Below, piece after piece: positions 1-11,153 of a DNA stretch of 64,000 nt (positions are counted from its first letter, which is position 1; the number at the start of each line of letters is the position of its first letter). This DNA comes from an uncultured Nitrososphaerales archaeon (GTDB taxonomy: Archaea; Thermoproteota; Nitrososphaeria; Nitrososphaerales; Nitrososphaeraceae), in assembly GCA_963709405.1 (NCBI GenBank), contig CAVPXM010000055.1, positions 128,001 through 192,000 of the forward strand, read 5' to 3'. Under the pieces are notes generated by a model. It ran no database searches. It worked only from the letters and a program-made list of their open reading frames with translations, and was not told the DNA's origin. Made by a program: the position numbers and the translations under genes.

Positions 1-558
1 ATATACTTCTAGAATCAGATCTACTTCTTTTTGAGCTTCTTCACTGCTGTCATGCACGGTGTGCCCTTCTTGCCACAAAAATTCTGAATTCCGTATGAAA
101 GGCTTCGTTGCTTTAATTTCTGCCCTAAGCGCAGTATTCCAGAAATTGATCTTGAGCGGTAAGTCTCTATAACTAGATATCCACTTTGCAAACGCCCAGT
201 ATGCTATTGTTTCAGAAGTAGGGCGAAGCGCAAGTTTTTCAGTCAAATCATTACTACCAGCTCTTGTTACCCAGAATACCTCAGAACTAAATCCTTCAAA
301 GTGTTCTTCTTCTTTTTTTAATAAACTCTCTGGTATCAGAACTGGTAAGAAGCCATTCTGGTGACCTGTAATTTTTAGAGATCTGTCGAGGATTTCTCTA
401 ATCGATTCCCAGATAGAATAGCCGTACGGTCGCAAAATAAGAGTCCCCTTTGTCGATCCATAATCTGCAAGTCCACTCTTGAGGACAAGTTGACTATACC
501 ATTCACTAAAGTTATCTTCTTTTCTTACAGTTAGCCCGACTTCCTTTACGGAACTCAA
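1..558 (-). CDS. proS: Proline--tRNA ligase, N-terminal part (runs off window)
   Basis: Manual translation from TTG 558: MSSVKEVGLTVRKEDNFSEWY...LRPYGYSIWE...LALRPTSET...PFIRNSEFLWQEGHT, archaeal/eukaryotic-type ProRS motifs. Confidence 0.93.
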   Translation of the reverse strand, partial: MSSVKEVGLTVRKEDNFSEWYSQLVLKSGLADYGSTKGTLILRPYGYSIWESIREILDRSLKITGHQNGFLPVLIPESLLKKEEEHFEGFSSEVFWVTRAGSNDLTEKLALRPTSETIAYWAFAKWISSYRDLPLKINFWNTALRAEIKATKPFIRNSEFLWQEGHTVHDSSEEAQKEVDLILEVY

Positions 559-605
559 TAGTTACGTCGAATGGCCTTTTATTTATGAAGCTTTGGTCGT
601 GGGTG

Positions 606-893
606 TTAAAATGGCTCTCCTTTACAATAGACCTGTCCAGTTATTCTACTATGAAAATTCTTACAAACGTAGCACTGGATAAACCCCACCTCTTTCTCAA
701 GAACAGGACAGTCTACTGCTTCTAACTTCATCCGTTTTAGCATTTTAGGACTGACACCCTTTAACTTCAACTTCCCTTTATCATCCATCATTCCAACACT
801 ATGTAATTCGGCCTTAGCCTGATCGGTGAGCTTCAGCGATTTTTCAACTTGCTTCACTGGAACCACGTATTTTGATTCCGATGTATCATCCAT
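606..893 (-). CDS. Hypothetical protein with Cys motifs (putative Zn-binding)
   Basis: 95-aa ORF, VDCP...CYVCKNF...YCKG; fits the intergenic gap. Confidence 0.65.
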   Translation of the reverse strand: MDDTSESKYVVPVKQVEKSLKLTDQAKAELHSVGMMDDKGKLKLKGVSPKMLKRMKLEAVDCPVLEKEVGFIQCYVCKNFHSRITGQVYCKGEPF

Positions 894-1071
894 GGAGCAA
901 AGAAATGCCGCGGTAGTATAATACTCTTATTAACTAGTCATGGATTCCTACCGCACACCAGAATAGTTACATAGAAAAATTAATGTAAATAATCTAATAT
1001 TAGTCGGAACAACTGATTTGTGTGACAAGATTAATATATCTTAGGGAAGGTTTTGGCAATAAGCACGCTAT

Positions 1072-1728
1072 ATGCTGATTATCTTTGATGTAGAGGGCGT
1101 TTTGTTAAATGCAGAGTATCTCCCAGTGCTAGCACAAGTCTTTGGTCAGGAAAAGGAAAAAGAGATCTGGGATATCACGAAACAGGGAATACGAGGTGAG
1201 ATAAATTGGGAGGAGGGATTAGAGAAGCGTGTGGCTGCGTTGCGAGGCGTAGAATTTGAAAAAGCAAAACAAATCGCCGAGAACCTTGAAATAATGCCTG
1301 GAGCCAAAACCTTATGTTCTGCGCTAAAAAGGGCAGGTTGGAAGCTAATTGCTGTGTCTGGTGGTTTTACGATAATTACTGACAGATTAAAGGCTGAGCT
1401 GGGATTAGATAGAATATTCTCGAACAAGCTCTTATTCAAGGATGGGAAGCTGCAGGGTGTAAGCCTTACTGTGACATCGGATAAGGCAGCAGCTGTAGTC
1501 CCAACAATTAGAGAATGGAATTATTCCAAGGAGGATATTGTTGTAGTAGTCGACGGCGCAAATGATCTAAAACTTTTCGATCTATCTGGCTATACCGTCG
1601 GATTCTGCCCAGTTGACAAGGTGAAAGAAAAAGCTGACGCCGTCATAGAGGTGAGGGATTTATCGATCTTATTGCACTTACTGGAAAAGAAGTTTGGCAA
1701 GGCAGTACTATTAGCTAAGTCCTCATAA
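1072..1728 (+). CDS. serB: HAD-superfamily phosphoserine phosphatase-like protein
   Basis: FDVEGVL motif I, VSGGF motif II, DGANDL motif IV. Confidence 0.8.
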   Translation: MLIIFDVEGVLLNAEYLPVLAQVFGQEKEKEIWDITKQGIRGEINWEEGLEKRVAALRGVEFEKAKQIAENLEIMPGAKTLCSALKRAGWKLIAVSGGFTIITDRLKAELGLDRIFSNKLLFKDGKLQGVSLTVTSDKAAAVVPTIREWNYSKEDIVVVVDGANDLKLFDLSGYTVGFCPVDKVKEKADAVIEVRDLSILLHLLEKKFGKAVLLAKSS

Positions 1729-1764
1729 AATAAAAATTTATACTAGTAAATCAAGTCTACATGC

Positions 1765-2526
1765 TTGGTCACAAGAATCGAAATTATTCCAATTAACGTT
1801 CATAAAGATGTATGTGTAGGTGACGATCTGGTAGGGCTAATTATCCAGGCTGTGGACGAAATAGGAGAATGCATTAAGGATGGCGATATCCTAGTTATTG
1901 CGCATAAGATCGTATCAAAATCTGAAAACAGGTTCGTCAACTTAAAAGACATTGAACCATCCGCAGAGTCGATGGCACTAGCAGCAAGAAGCTGTAAAGA
2001 TCCCAGACTAATTGAACTGATTCGTAGAGAATCTAAAGAAATAGTCAAAATGTCAAGAGGAATTGTAATTGTAGAGACGAAATTAGGATTCATCTGTGCA
2101 AACGCTGGAATAGATCAAAGCAATGTTAGCACCGAAAGCGACATTGCTCTAATGTTGCCTGAGAACCCTGATAATTCAGCTAACATGATAAGAAAATGCA
2201 TAAAGAATATAACTGGAAAGGAAGTAGCGGTCGTAGTTAGTGATACCTTTGGAAGGCCATTCAGACAAGGTCAGACGAATGTTGCCATCGGACTCGCTGG
2301 TATTGAACCAATTGAAAGTTACATTGGAAGGCCAGACATTTTCGGCAAGAAGTTGAAAGTAACTGAAATAGCCATCGCCGATGAAATTGCTTCAGCGGCT
2401 GAATTGGCTATGGGAAAGATTGACAAGATTCCAGCAGTCATAATAAGGGGCTATTCTTATTCAACATCCAATGATTCTAGTGTTTCAAGTCTGATTAGAA
2501 ATAGAGAAATGGATCTTTTTAGATGA
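1765..2526 (+). CDS. cofE: Coenzyme F420-0:L-glutamate ligase
   Basis: KIVSKSE, ANAGIDQSN, SDTFGRPFR, ADEIASAA motifs. Confidence 0.92.
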   Translation: MVTRIEIIPINVHKDVCVGDDLVGLIIQAVDEIGECIKDGDILVIAHKIVSKSENRFVNLKDIEPSAESMALAARSCKDPRLIELIRRESKEIVKMSRGIVIVETKLGFICANAGIDQSNVSTESDIALMLPENPDNSANMIRKCIKNITGKEVAVVVSDTFGRPFRQGQTNVAIGLAGIEPIESYIGRPDIFGKKLKVTEIAIADEIASAAELAMGKIDKIPAVIIRGYSYSTSNDSSVSSLIRNREMDLFR

Positions 2527-2608
2527 ATTAGATGAAAAATCGTGACACAAATGTCATGTTTCTAAACCTTTAATATATTGAAATTGTTATTTATCTTGCT
2601 AAAGTGAA

Positions 2609-2857
2609 ATGAACGAAGCCAATAGTGACCTTTTTAATAAGACTATCGATGTGCGTGGTCTCTTCTGTCCTGAACCCGTGTTTAGAACCAAAATGGAAAT
2701 GGAAAAATTGCATATAGGAGATAGAATAAAAATAGTTGCAGATGACCCTGCCTCGGAGGAAGATATATCCAGATGGGTGAACAGGAATGGTCACGAATTG
2801 CTATCCTTGAAAAAAGCAGAGAATGATTTGGAATTCATAATAAAAAAGGCTAAATAA
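2609..2857 (+). CDS. TusA/SirA-family sulfur carrier
   Basis: DVRGLFCPEP and ADDPASEEDI motifs. Confidence 0.88.
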   Translation: MNEANSDLFNKTIDVRGLFCPEPVFRTKMEMEKLHIGDRIKIVADDPASEEDISRWVNRNGHELLSLKKAENDLEFIIKKAK

Positions 2858-2860
2858 AAA

Positions 2861-3871
2861 ATGACTGCTTTAACCAGTTCCAATCTAATTGAACGAATCG
2901 GCAATACGCCCGTTGTAGAATTAAAGTCATTTTCAACCAAGAACGTAAGATTTTATGCAAAGCTGGAATGGTACAATCCGTATGGTTCTGTGAAAGACAG
3001 GGCAGCATATTGGATGATCAAACGAGCAGAGAAGGAGGTTGTATTGAAGAAACATAAAAGCATTATTATTGAACCCTCTTCTGGAAATACTGGGATTGCA
3101 CTCGCCGGGATTGCGAGTACCTTGGGATATAAAGTTGAGATCGTGATACCTGAAAAGGTGAGTACAGAAACAAAGAGCATTTTGAGAAAGCTAGGCGCCA
3201 CAATACACGAGACATCAGATGACTTATGTCCTAGGGTAGGAGCAGGTACAGATCAAAGTATTGCTCTTGCAAAGGCGATTTCAAAACCAAGACCAGATAT
3301 CTACTATATGCCTAATCAGTATGAGAACGATGCTAACTTCATGGCGCATTATGAAAGCACAGGGCCAGAAATTTGGAAACAGATGAATGGACATTTGACC
3401 CATTTCTTCACCGGATGTGGAACCGGGGGAACTGTGACAGGAACCGCAACATTTCTGAAGGAACAAGATCGTAATATTAAAATTGTTGCGGTGCAAGCCC
3501 AGAAAAATCATTTACTTCAAGGCCTTAGGAACTTTGAGGAATCTGCCATGCCAGAGCTGTTTAGACGACGACAACAGATTGTTGACGCATGGATAACCGC
3601 AAGGAATGATGACTCATTTCGTATGGTTAAAGAGTTGGCAACGAAGGAAAAGCTGCTTGTCGGGCCTTCTTCCGGAGCTGTTATGGCTTCCATGGTAAAT
3701 GTCGCAAAGCAACTGGACAACGGAATTATGGTCGGCATATTTGCTGATGATGGCAGGAAATTCAAAAGCCTTTACGTTGAGCAAGATGTGTTTGACCAGA
3801 CCGAATACGAGCAATTGTTGCGAGTTAATAAATTTCTTCCAGACACGGCTTGTCCTTATGCAGATGGCTAG
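2861..3871 (+). CDS. PLP-dependent cysteine synthase family protein (CysK/CysM-like)
   Basis: NPYGSVKDR (PLP Lys), SSGNTG, GTGGT, GPSSG. Confidence 0.88.
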   Translation: MTALTSSNLIERIGNTPVVELKSFSTKNVRFYAKLEWYNPYGSVKDRAAYWMIKRAEKEVVLKKHKSIIIEPSSGNTGIALAGIASTLGYKVEIVIPEKVSTETKSILRKLGATIHETSDDLCPRVGAGTDQSIALAKAISKPRPDIYYMPNQYENDANFMAHYESTGPEIWKQMNGHLTHFFTGCGTGGTVTGTATFLKEQDRNIKIVAVQAQKNHLLQGLRNFEESAMPELFRRRQQIVDAWITARNDDSFRMVKELATKEKLLVGPSSGAVMASMVNVAKQLDNGIMVGIFADDGRKFKSLYVEQDVFDQTEYEQLLRVNKFLPDTACPYADG

Positions 3872-4872
3872 GTTTTTTTCTCTGTAAGCAAGTTCATCTT
3901 AGATACATGTTTCTTTTCAGTCAGCCATTTTTCAATGTCCAGAGCAGCCATGCAACCAAAACCTCCGGCAGTTATAGCTTGTCTATATCTATAGTCGTGA
4001 ACATCTCCGGCTGCAAAAACGCCATCTACACTTGTTAATGTGCGTTCCTTTAAAATTATATAACCTTTGTCGTCTAAATCGAGCTGTCCTTTGAAGATGT
4101 CTGTATTCGGCTCATGCCCAATTGCTACAAACAAGCCTCCAGCAGAAATGTTTTGTTCTCTTCCAGTCATAATGTCTCTAGCGACAATGCTCTTAATTTT
4201 CTTATCTCCAGAAATGTTGGCTACTACATGATTCCATAAGAAATCAATCTTGGGGTTTTCGAATGCCTTTTCCTGAAGAATCTTGCTCGCTCGCAGCGAC
4301 TGTTTTCTATGTACAATCTTGACAGACTTGCCAAATTTTGTCAAGAAGGTTGCCTCCTCAATTGCCGTATCTCCTCCTCCGACTACGACTATATCTTCTC
4401 CCTTAAAGAATGGCCCGTCACACGTCGCGCAATACGATACGCCCCTTCCTGCAAATTGCTGTTCTGCTTCAATGCCTAGCTTCCGAGGCGAAGCACCAGT
4501 ACACACAAGAACTGCTTCGGCCCGAAACGATTGCGAGTTGGTCTCTATCTTGAAGGGATTAATTTTAAAATCAACTTTTGTGACTTCATCATCTATAAAA
4601 GATGCCCCGAATCTTTCGGCTTGCTGCCGCATATTCATCATAAGTTCAGGTCCAAATATTCCATTTGGAAATCCTGGATAATTTTCGACCTCGCTAGTTG
4701 TCATTAATTGGCCACCAGGAAGTGAACCAGATATTATTAGCGTGCTGAGCTTAGCGCGAGCAGTGTATATTGCAGCTGTGTAGCCTGCTGGGCCCGAGCC
4801 AATGATTACAACATCGTAGAATTTCGTAGGCTCAGTATTGTTGGCTTCATGTTCTTCATTAACTCCATGCAT
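3868..4872 (-). CDS. trxB: Thioredoxin-disulfide reductase
   Basis: GSGPAG, CATCDG, GGGDTA, FAAGDV. Confidence 0.95.
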   Translation of the reverse strand: MHGVNEEHEANNTEPTKFYDVVIIGSGPAGYTAAIYTARAKLSTLIISGSLPGGQLMTTSEVENYPGFPNGIFGPELMMNMRQQAERFGASFIDDEVTKVDFKINPFKIETNSQSFRAEAVLVCTGASPRKLGIEAEQQFAGRGVSYCATCDGPFFKGEDIVVVGGGDTAIEEATFLTKFGKSVKIVHRKQSLRASKILQEKAFENPKIDFLWNHVVANISGDKKIKSIVARDIMTGREQNISAGGLFVAIGHEPNTDIFKGQLDLDDKGYIILKERTLTSVDGVFAAGDVHDYRYRQAITAGGFGCMAALDIEKWLTEKKHVSKMNLLTEKKT

Positions 4873-5154
4873 AACGTTACGAAGAGTAAGGATGCATTAA
4901 CCTGTTATTAATTTGTTCGGAATGAGCGAATCTGACTTTCAATATCGTGTAAACCTATTCGAAATAAATTAAAATTTGACTTCATGTTTCGTTATACTTA
5001 AAAATGATCGTTTAGGAATATGGAATTATGGTCCTCTAATTCATCTGAATCATTTTTGTCTGTATTTGAGAACTCTTTCTTAAAACAAAAGAGAATTAGC
5101 ACCAAAACAAACCATACTTTTTAGAAAAAAAGGGCGAAGCTGTCCTCGAAGGCC

Positions 5155-5970
5155 CTACGGACTCGCCTTTAGTTCTGGTTTTGTATAAATCTCTTGGAGT
5201 TTGTCGATTGCTACTTGCGCGGCTTTCTTTCCAGAAAGCAGCATGGAACCAAACGTTGGTCCCATCCGAGGTAATCCATGAGTTTCAGTTACCGACATAC
5301 CTGATGCGATTAGACCCGGAAAGACCTCTCCAGTTCGTTCTACTACTAGATCCTCGCCACCATTTACCCACATTGGTTCCATACCCTTCCATTTTATATA
5401 GCCACGATCCATCAAACGCTTAACCGCAACAGAATCATGTCCAGAGGCATCAATTACAATTTTGCTTTCTAAAGCTATCGGATCTACGCAAGTAACGTTT
5501 CTTGGCAAGGCGGAGACGGGCATCCAGTTGATGACCACTCCGGAAACTCGTCCGTTCTTCAAAACTAGGTCATCAAACTTCGATAATTGCAAGAATCTGA
5601 CACCAGCATCGCACGCTCCGGCAATGAGCTTTGAACATGCATGCGGGCCCCATGTTGCAAATAATCCCTCAGTCACCCTCCTATAAGGAACTCCAAGTTC
5701 ATCCCAGATCTTTTGAGCAGGAGCCCGCACAGTTACGGGATTCATCATGTACCCTCCTACCCAATAACCCCCGCCCAAATAATTATTCTGCTCAACTATG
5801 AGAGTTTTTACCCCAAACTTTGCCAATTCCATTCCTGCTGTTAGACCCGAGGGCCCAGCCCCGATAATGATAACATCTGAATCAGCATAATCTGCGATCG
5901 TCTCACCAAACATTTTTACAATAGTTCTGGTAATCTCCTTCTCCCCAATCTCACTAAATATTTTTGTCAT
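5155..5970 (-). CDS. thi4: Thiazole synthase Thi4 (start probably ATG 5970)
   Basis: GAGPSG, DASGHD, PRMGPTFGSMLLSG; Cys-containing CVDP motif. Confidence 0.92.
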   Translation of the reverse strand: MTKIFSEIGEKEITRTIVKMFGETIADYADSDVIIIGAGPSGLTAGMELAKFGVKTLIVEQNNYLGGGYWVGGYMMNPVTVRAPAQKIWDELGVPYRRVTEGLFATWGPHACSKLIAGACDAGVRFLQLSKFDDLVLKNGRVSGVVINWMPVSALPRNVTCVDPIALESKIVIDASGHDSVAVKRLMDRGYIKWKGMEPMWVNGGEDLVVERTGEVFPGLIASGMSVTETHGLPRMGPTFGSMLLSGKKAAQVAIDKLQEIYTKPELKASP

Positions 5971-6125
5971 GTGAAGAGTCAAATAGAAATATTATAAATA
6001 CATTATTAAATTTACCTTTAGAATCGTTGTGATTATAGTCTACTATATTCCAGTTGAGTTTGCATAGACAAAGTTATTCGAAGGTGGCTCTTGCCGTTTA
6101 AGCTATGGAGTCACTCAAAATAATA

Positions 6126-7259
6126 CTAAAGATCTTCAGCTTTGTTAGATACTGCACCATTTCTTACCTTTATATCCATTCTGTTTATTAGCTCTAGCAG
6201 ATTTGTCTTGTGAGAATTCAAATATTCCTGTCCCTTATCTCTGAGGCGTATTAGAAATAGCCTAAGATCTCGGTGCTCCTCAAAGAATTGCTCCACGACT
6301 ATATTACCGTGGATCGCAGGATTAATTAGCTGTTCTAAGCTCTCCATAGTTAGCTTGATGTCTCCTTTTTCTATCGCCTCTCTGGCTTTCGAAAGAATCA
6401 TGCTGATATCATGCAACTGTTCGATCGGAGCTAGCATTTGCTGGTTTTTCCTCAAGAAGCCTACCTTTTTCGTATAGCCGACCTTTTCTGCTATTTCCTT
6501 AGTAAGCTCGTAATATTCCTCTTTACCTCTAAATGGGTAAGTCCTCTCCTTCCGAACAACCAATCCCTTTGTGAGAAGTCTAGTCATTGCATCTTGGATT
6601 TCCTCCCTGTCCATACTTGTCGTCCACACGATCTTGCCCACGTGATCATGGCCCTGACGTATTGACTCCAAAACCACAACCTCTATTATACGTCTGAAGC
6701 CATCTTCGTTCCTTGCATTCTGTAAGTCTCGATCGCTTACAGCTTTCTTTGCGTAGGTGATATCGATTTCTATCGAGCGTTTCAACGCCTCTACGCCGTC
6801 ATCTACTCTTCCACTAAGTATCAAGAAACAAGCTTCGTTATACCAAGACATGCCATCGGTAGGATCAAAATCAATAGCTTTTTCGCATGCCTCGATGGCT
6901 TTTTCATAATTTTTCATTTTATAGTATGTAAGACCTTTAAGATTCCACGCTTCTGGATTAGTGAGGTCAACTTCCAGGGCTTTGTCGTAGGACTGAATTG
7001 AAGCGGGGTATTGTTCCAAGTGAAAATGAGCATAACCCTTCTTTATCCAAGCATCAACATATTTCGGATCTATTCGTAATGCTAATTCAAAATTACGTAT
7101 AGCATCTTCTAACTTATCGTTTGCCATTTGGCTCACTCCTCTTTTAAACAGCTCATTTTTTTGAAATTCAGACTTTTCAGAATTAGAGGCAGGCTCATCG
7201 TGAGCTGAGGGCTGTAATGACGTATTTTTAGGCTTCCTGCGAAGGAACGGGCCCATCAA
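6126..7259 (-). CDS. Tetratricopeptide-repeat protein with a possible C-terminal wHTH-like region
   Basis: Repeated AW..KG...A...Y.KAL..DP TPR units. Confidence 0.8.
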   Translation of the reverse strand: MMGPFLRRKPKNTSLQPSAHDEPASNSEKSEFQKNELFKRGVSQMANDKLEDAIRNFELALRIDPKYVDAWIKKGYAHFHLEQYPASIQSYDKALEVDLTNPEAWNLKGLTYYKMKNYEKAIEACEKAIDFDPTDGMSWYNEACFLILSGRVDDGVEALKRSIEIDITYAKKAVSDRDLQNARNEDGFRRIIEVVVLESIRQGHDHVGKIVWTTSMDREEIQDAMTRLLTKGLVVRKERTYPFRGKEEYYELTKEIAEKVGYTKKVGFLRKNQQMLAPIEQLHDISMILSKAREAIEKGDIKLTMESLEQLINPAIHGNIVVEQFFEEHRDLRLFLIRLRDKGQEYLNSHKTNLLELINRMDIKVRNGAVSNKAEDL

Positions 7260-7873
7260 TTAGGCTAATTCACATCGCAGATAAATAGATTTGGACTTGG
7301 TGATCGGCCAATGACTTGGCGAATACTTTTCTATATTCATCTGTTCCATTTATGAGCAACACTGCTTTTTAATTCATTTCATTGTGGTCATGTTTATTGA
7401 CACTATGATCTAATTATCAGCATAATGTTATTTGAATTGGACTATCATGAGAGCTATCATCTATCTAAATTTTACATCATCATTGATTCGTCGTTAGAAT
7501 CCACAAGCAATTACTTTAAGCAGAATGCCTTAGCCTTACTCAAAATTCGAGCATTAGATGTTTTTAGCAATTAAATCCTACTCAACTATCATACTATTGG
7601 GGGAAGTTGAAATGAGAATAAAAAGGTCGCATATTTACCAATATTGGAGCGTTGGAGGGAAAAGCGGCAAGAAACTTTGGATGAGGTATTGAAGTTAGAT
7701 AGATTAACACTGCCGGAACCGATGCACAGACCAGAATCGTCAGAATGATCAACCAGACAGCTGTCATTTTTTCTACCATGAGCCAGATTTTCTTGATTAC
7801 ATATATAAGTTTTCAACGAGGACTACAGTTTAGAAATAGGATTATAAATGCCTGCGATAGAATCCTGCCCTAC

Positions 7874-9001
7874 ATGCGACTACTTGAACATCAAGGAAAG
7901 GAGCTATTTAGGCAATACGGGATTCAAGTTCCCCGATCTGCAGTAGCATTTTCCACCGACGAAGCATATCGCCTTGCTATGGATATAGGCTACCCCCTCA
8001 TTCTAAAACCACAGCTAACCGTAGGTGGACGTGGAAAAGAAGGTGCTATTTTGAAATGTATGGCCAAGACAGATATTACGAACAAGTTTGAGTATCTTCT
8101 GAATAATAAGGTGAAAGGGGAGTTACCCAAGGGAATACTTTTGGAACAAGCAGTTGATATTAAAGGCGAACTATATATTTCGTTTTTTCTCAATAGAACC
8201 AAGAGATGCTACTCCCTAATCGCTTCTTCGGAAGGTGGGGTAGAGATTGAAAGCACAGAAAATAAGGTAGTGGTGGATATCCCCCTAAGCGGGATTTCAT
8301 CGGAAATGGCTTATGATGTCGCAGTCAAACTTTCTATTCAACATGATCTAAGGGACGCCCTTAAAGACTCCATAATGAAGTTATCGAAGCTTGTAGTGGA
8401 AAAGGAAGCAGAATTAGCTGAAATTAATCCCATAGTCGTCGTCAAGGATGGATCCATCATTGCACTTGATTCTAAGGTGATAATAGATGATAACTCTCTC
8501 TTTAGACATCCTGAACTAAAAAAATATGAACACCTTTCGGAGCAGGAATCTCAGGCACGAAGAAATGGATTCTCGTTCGTGAAATTGGACGGAAACGTCG
8601 CAATCGTCGGTAACGGCGCCGGTTTGGTTATGTCGACTCTTGATATGGTATCAGATCGAGGCGGTAAGGCCGGCGCATTTCTCGACTTTGGCGGAAGCGC
8701 TACCCGAGAATCTATATATGAAGCGCTTAGGCTAATTAATGGACTAAACCAAATCGAGGTTATATTAATAAATCTATTTGGAGGCATAGTAAAAACTAGT
8801 CTCGTGGCAGAGGCTATTTTTGATGCATACAAAGAGGGGATTATTTCAGTACCTTTGTTCGCAAGGGTATCTGGATCAGAATCTGATAAAGCTAAGGAGA
8901 TACTTAGCCAAGGAAGGGCCAGAATATACGATTCAGTTGAGGAATCTATAACTGCAGCGCTGGACGCCATTCGTCCTAAGGAGAGGAATATCCATGGATA
9001 A
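7874..9001 (+). CDS. sucC: Succinyl-CoA synthetase beta subunit
   Basis: MRLLEHQGKELF start, GGRGKEG, EINP, GNGAGLVM, NLFGGI. Confidence 0.93.
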   Translation: MRLLEHQGKELFRQYGIQVPRSAVAFSTDEAYRLAMDIGYPLILKPQLTVGGRGKEGAILKCMAKTDITNKFEYLLNNKVKGELPKGILLEQAVDIKGELYISFFLNRTKRCYSLIASSEGGVEIESTENKVVVDIPLSGISSEMAYDVAVKLSIQHDLRDALKDSIMKLSKLVVEKEAELAEINPIVVVKDGSIIALDSKVIIDDNSLFRHPELKKYEHLSEQESQARRNGFSFVKLDGNVAIVGNGAGLVMSTLDMVSDRGGKAGAFLDFGGSATRESIYEALRLINGLNQIEVILINLFGGIVKTSLVAEAIFDAYKEGIISVPLFARVSGSESDKAKEILSQGRARIYDSVEESITAALDAIRPKERNIHG

Positions 9002-9909
9002 TTTTGACATAATGAAAATACTGGTAGGGATTCCCGGAGAAGATGATTATATGAATAAACAAGTCATAATTCAGGGTATTACTGGCAGCTTCGGTTCGAC
9101 ACATACAAGATTAATGAAGGGATATGGGACCAATATATCTGCAGGAGTCACCCCGGGGAAAGGAGGTACTTTCTTTGATGGCATTCCTGTATTTGATTCT
9201 ATGAAGGAGGCAGTGACGTTAACTGGTTCAAAGATTACTGGGATCTTCGTACCCGCTCCATCATTTCTTTCTGCAGGGAAAGAGGCCCTTGAATGCGGAA
9301 TAAAGGCTAATAGTGGCTATCCCAGAACATGTCCCTGTTCGGGACTCTATAGAGCTATTTGAACTATCAAGAAAATACGACGCAAGGATAATCGGCCCAA
9401 ATACACCAGGTATTATACTTCCAGAAGTAATGAAAGTTGGAATAATGCCGGGGCAACCGTTCAATAGAGGGAATACGGTCGTATTGTCAAGGAGTGGAAC
9501 TCTTATGTATGAAGTATCATATAATCTCTCGAAAGCTGGTTATGGACAGCATCTATGTTTGGGCATAGGTGGTGATCCTATAAATGGGACTAATCTTATT
9601 GAAGCCTTGGAGATGGTTCGCCATAATGAAGATATAGACTCGGTGGTTATTGTGGGTGAAATAGGTGGCGATGCTGAAGAACAATTTGCCAAACATTTAT
9701 TGGAAATTGGATTTAGCAAGCCAGTGATAGCGTATATCGCAGGCAGATCTGCTCCAAAAGAAAAGACAATGGGGCACGCTGGTGCAATTGTATATGGGAA
9801 TTACGGGTCAGCCGAATCCAAATTTTCTAGCTTCCACGAGGCACATATTCCTGTAGCGAAGAGCCCTTCTGAGGTCCCAGTGTTACTTCGCGAAGAACTT
9901 GCGCGATAG
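8994..9909 (+). CDS. sucD: Succinyl-CoA synthetase alpha subunit (frameshift near 9305)
   Basis: QGITG, GVTPGKGG in ORF 8994; IGPNTPG, MGHAGA in ORF 9313; one extra base. Confidence 0.9.
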
Positions 9910-10031
9910 TCCTTGAAATTGAATGCCCTTGACGTGCCCGACTCGACAGGAAGTCTGTACAAAACAGAGGATCGAACCTGGATCTCATACCTACGGTGAA
10001 TGTTTAGACTTTTATAGTATCCTTTTGAGCG

Positions 10032-10205
10032 ATGCATTCAGAACTACGATTCTGTGACAAGTGTTTGTCAAAAAGTATACATCAAATTTTTGAAGAAGAT
10101 GATATTATTTATACATATAAACGCAGAAGGCTATACCGATGCGTTCAATGCGGAAATCGAACATTCAAAAGATCCTTAAGGCCATCCGCGGAATCAGTAT
10201 ATTAA
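10032..10205 (+). CDS. 57-aa Zn-ribbon small protein (not in ORF track)
   Basis: MHSELRFCDKC...RLYRCVQCGNRTFKRSLRPSAESVY; two CxxC pairs. Confidence 0.7.
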   Translation: MHSELRFCDKCLSKSIHQIFEEDDIIYTYKRRRLYRCVQCGNRTFKRSLRPSAESVY

Positions 10206-10394
10206 TTCTTAGTTGAAAATGATTTTACTGTACTTTGGCGAGCGCCGTGGTGCTGTTGAAATCATAGAGCTGGTTGTATAAGAATGCAGTATATTGCGAT
10301 TTCGCAGTATAGATGGCCAAAGTTCCCGTCGTCTTGGCTCTGCAACTACGAGAAAAGACTTATCCCTATATCGATATATTTCAAATATGATCCA

Positions 10395-10958
10395 ATGAAA
10401 AGATACATGGTCTATTTATTTAATGATAAGTTTAAACCGGAAGATGCGAGAGAGATATTGAAAAAGGCTAGGAATCTGGCTGTTGACTCCAATGTCATAC
10501 TGCGAGATGTTAGAGTAGCAACTGATTTCTTAGAGATCGACGTCAGTATCCCCGATGATGCAGTATTACCGGAAATCTTGTCCTCACTTGGCCAAATTGG
10601 ACGAGTCATAGAATATCAACAGATAGAGGACAAATATATGGAAAAAAAGGACTCTATCGATTATGCAAGAATTCTTTTTAACTCGCAAAAATATTGGAGA
10701 GCGCACGAGGTACTTGAAGCAATCTGGAAACGTTCAGAAGACGCTGAGAAACAAATCCTTAACGCCATTATCTTGATATCTGCAGCATTTGTGCACTATC
10801 AAAAAAATGAAAACAACGTATGTATCTCAATTTTGGAGAGGGCCTTGCAGAAGCTCGATAAAATTGATGGAATTTACTATGAAATAGATCTTGACAGAAT
10901 TAAGGCTCACATATCCAAGAACATTAGAACAGGCATCGTAGAAAGAACAACTATTTAA
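10395..10958 (+). CDS. DUF309-family protein
   Basis: FNSQKYWRAHEVLEAIW motif; start chosen at ATG 10395. Confidence 0.75.
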   Translation: MKRYMVYLFNDKFKPEDAREILKKARNLAVDSNVILRDVRVATDFLEIDVSIPDDAVLPEILSSLGQIGRVIEYQQIEDKYMEKKDSIDYARILFNSQKYWRAHEVLEAIWKRSEDAEKQILNAIILISAAFVHYQKNENNVCISILERALQKLDKIDGIYYEIDLDRIKAHISKNIRTGIVERTTI

Positions 10959-11153
10959 TTTAATTAGAATATTAAGGGTAAAAAAGACGAAAGGGCAATT
11001 TTGAATTTAGCATAAGAATAATTTTATTGTAATCAGGATCGAAAATTTATTCCAATTTGGAAGATCATTGCAAAGGTTCGTAATAAGCTAATTAGTCAAC
11101 TTAAGTTCAATACGGAATAAATAAAGGGAGGCTGGTATCACGGTATAATAGGT

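Noticed and set aside
7589-7873. Short ORFs and an upstream extension of sucC
   Set aside because: No recognisable motifs; the SucC N-terminus begins at ATG 7874.
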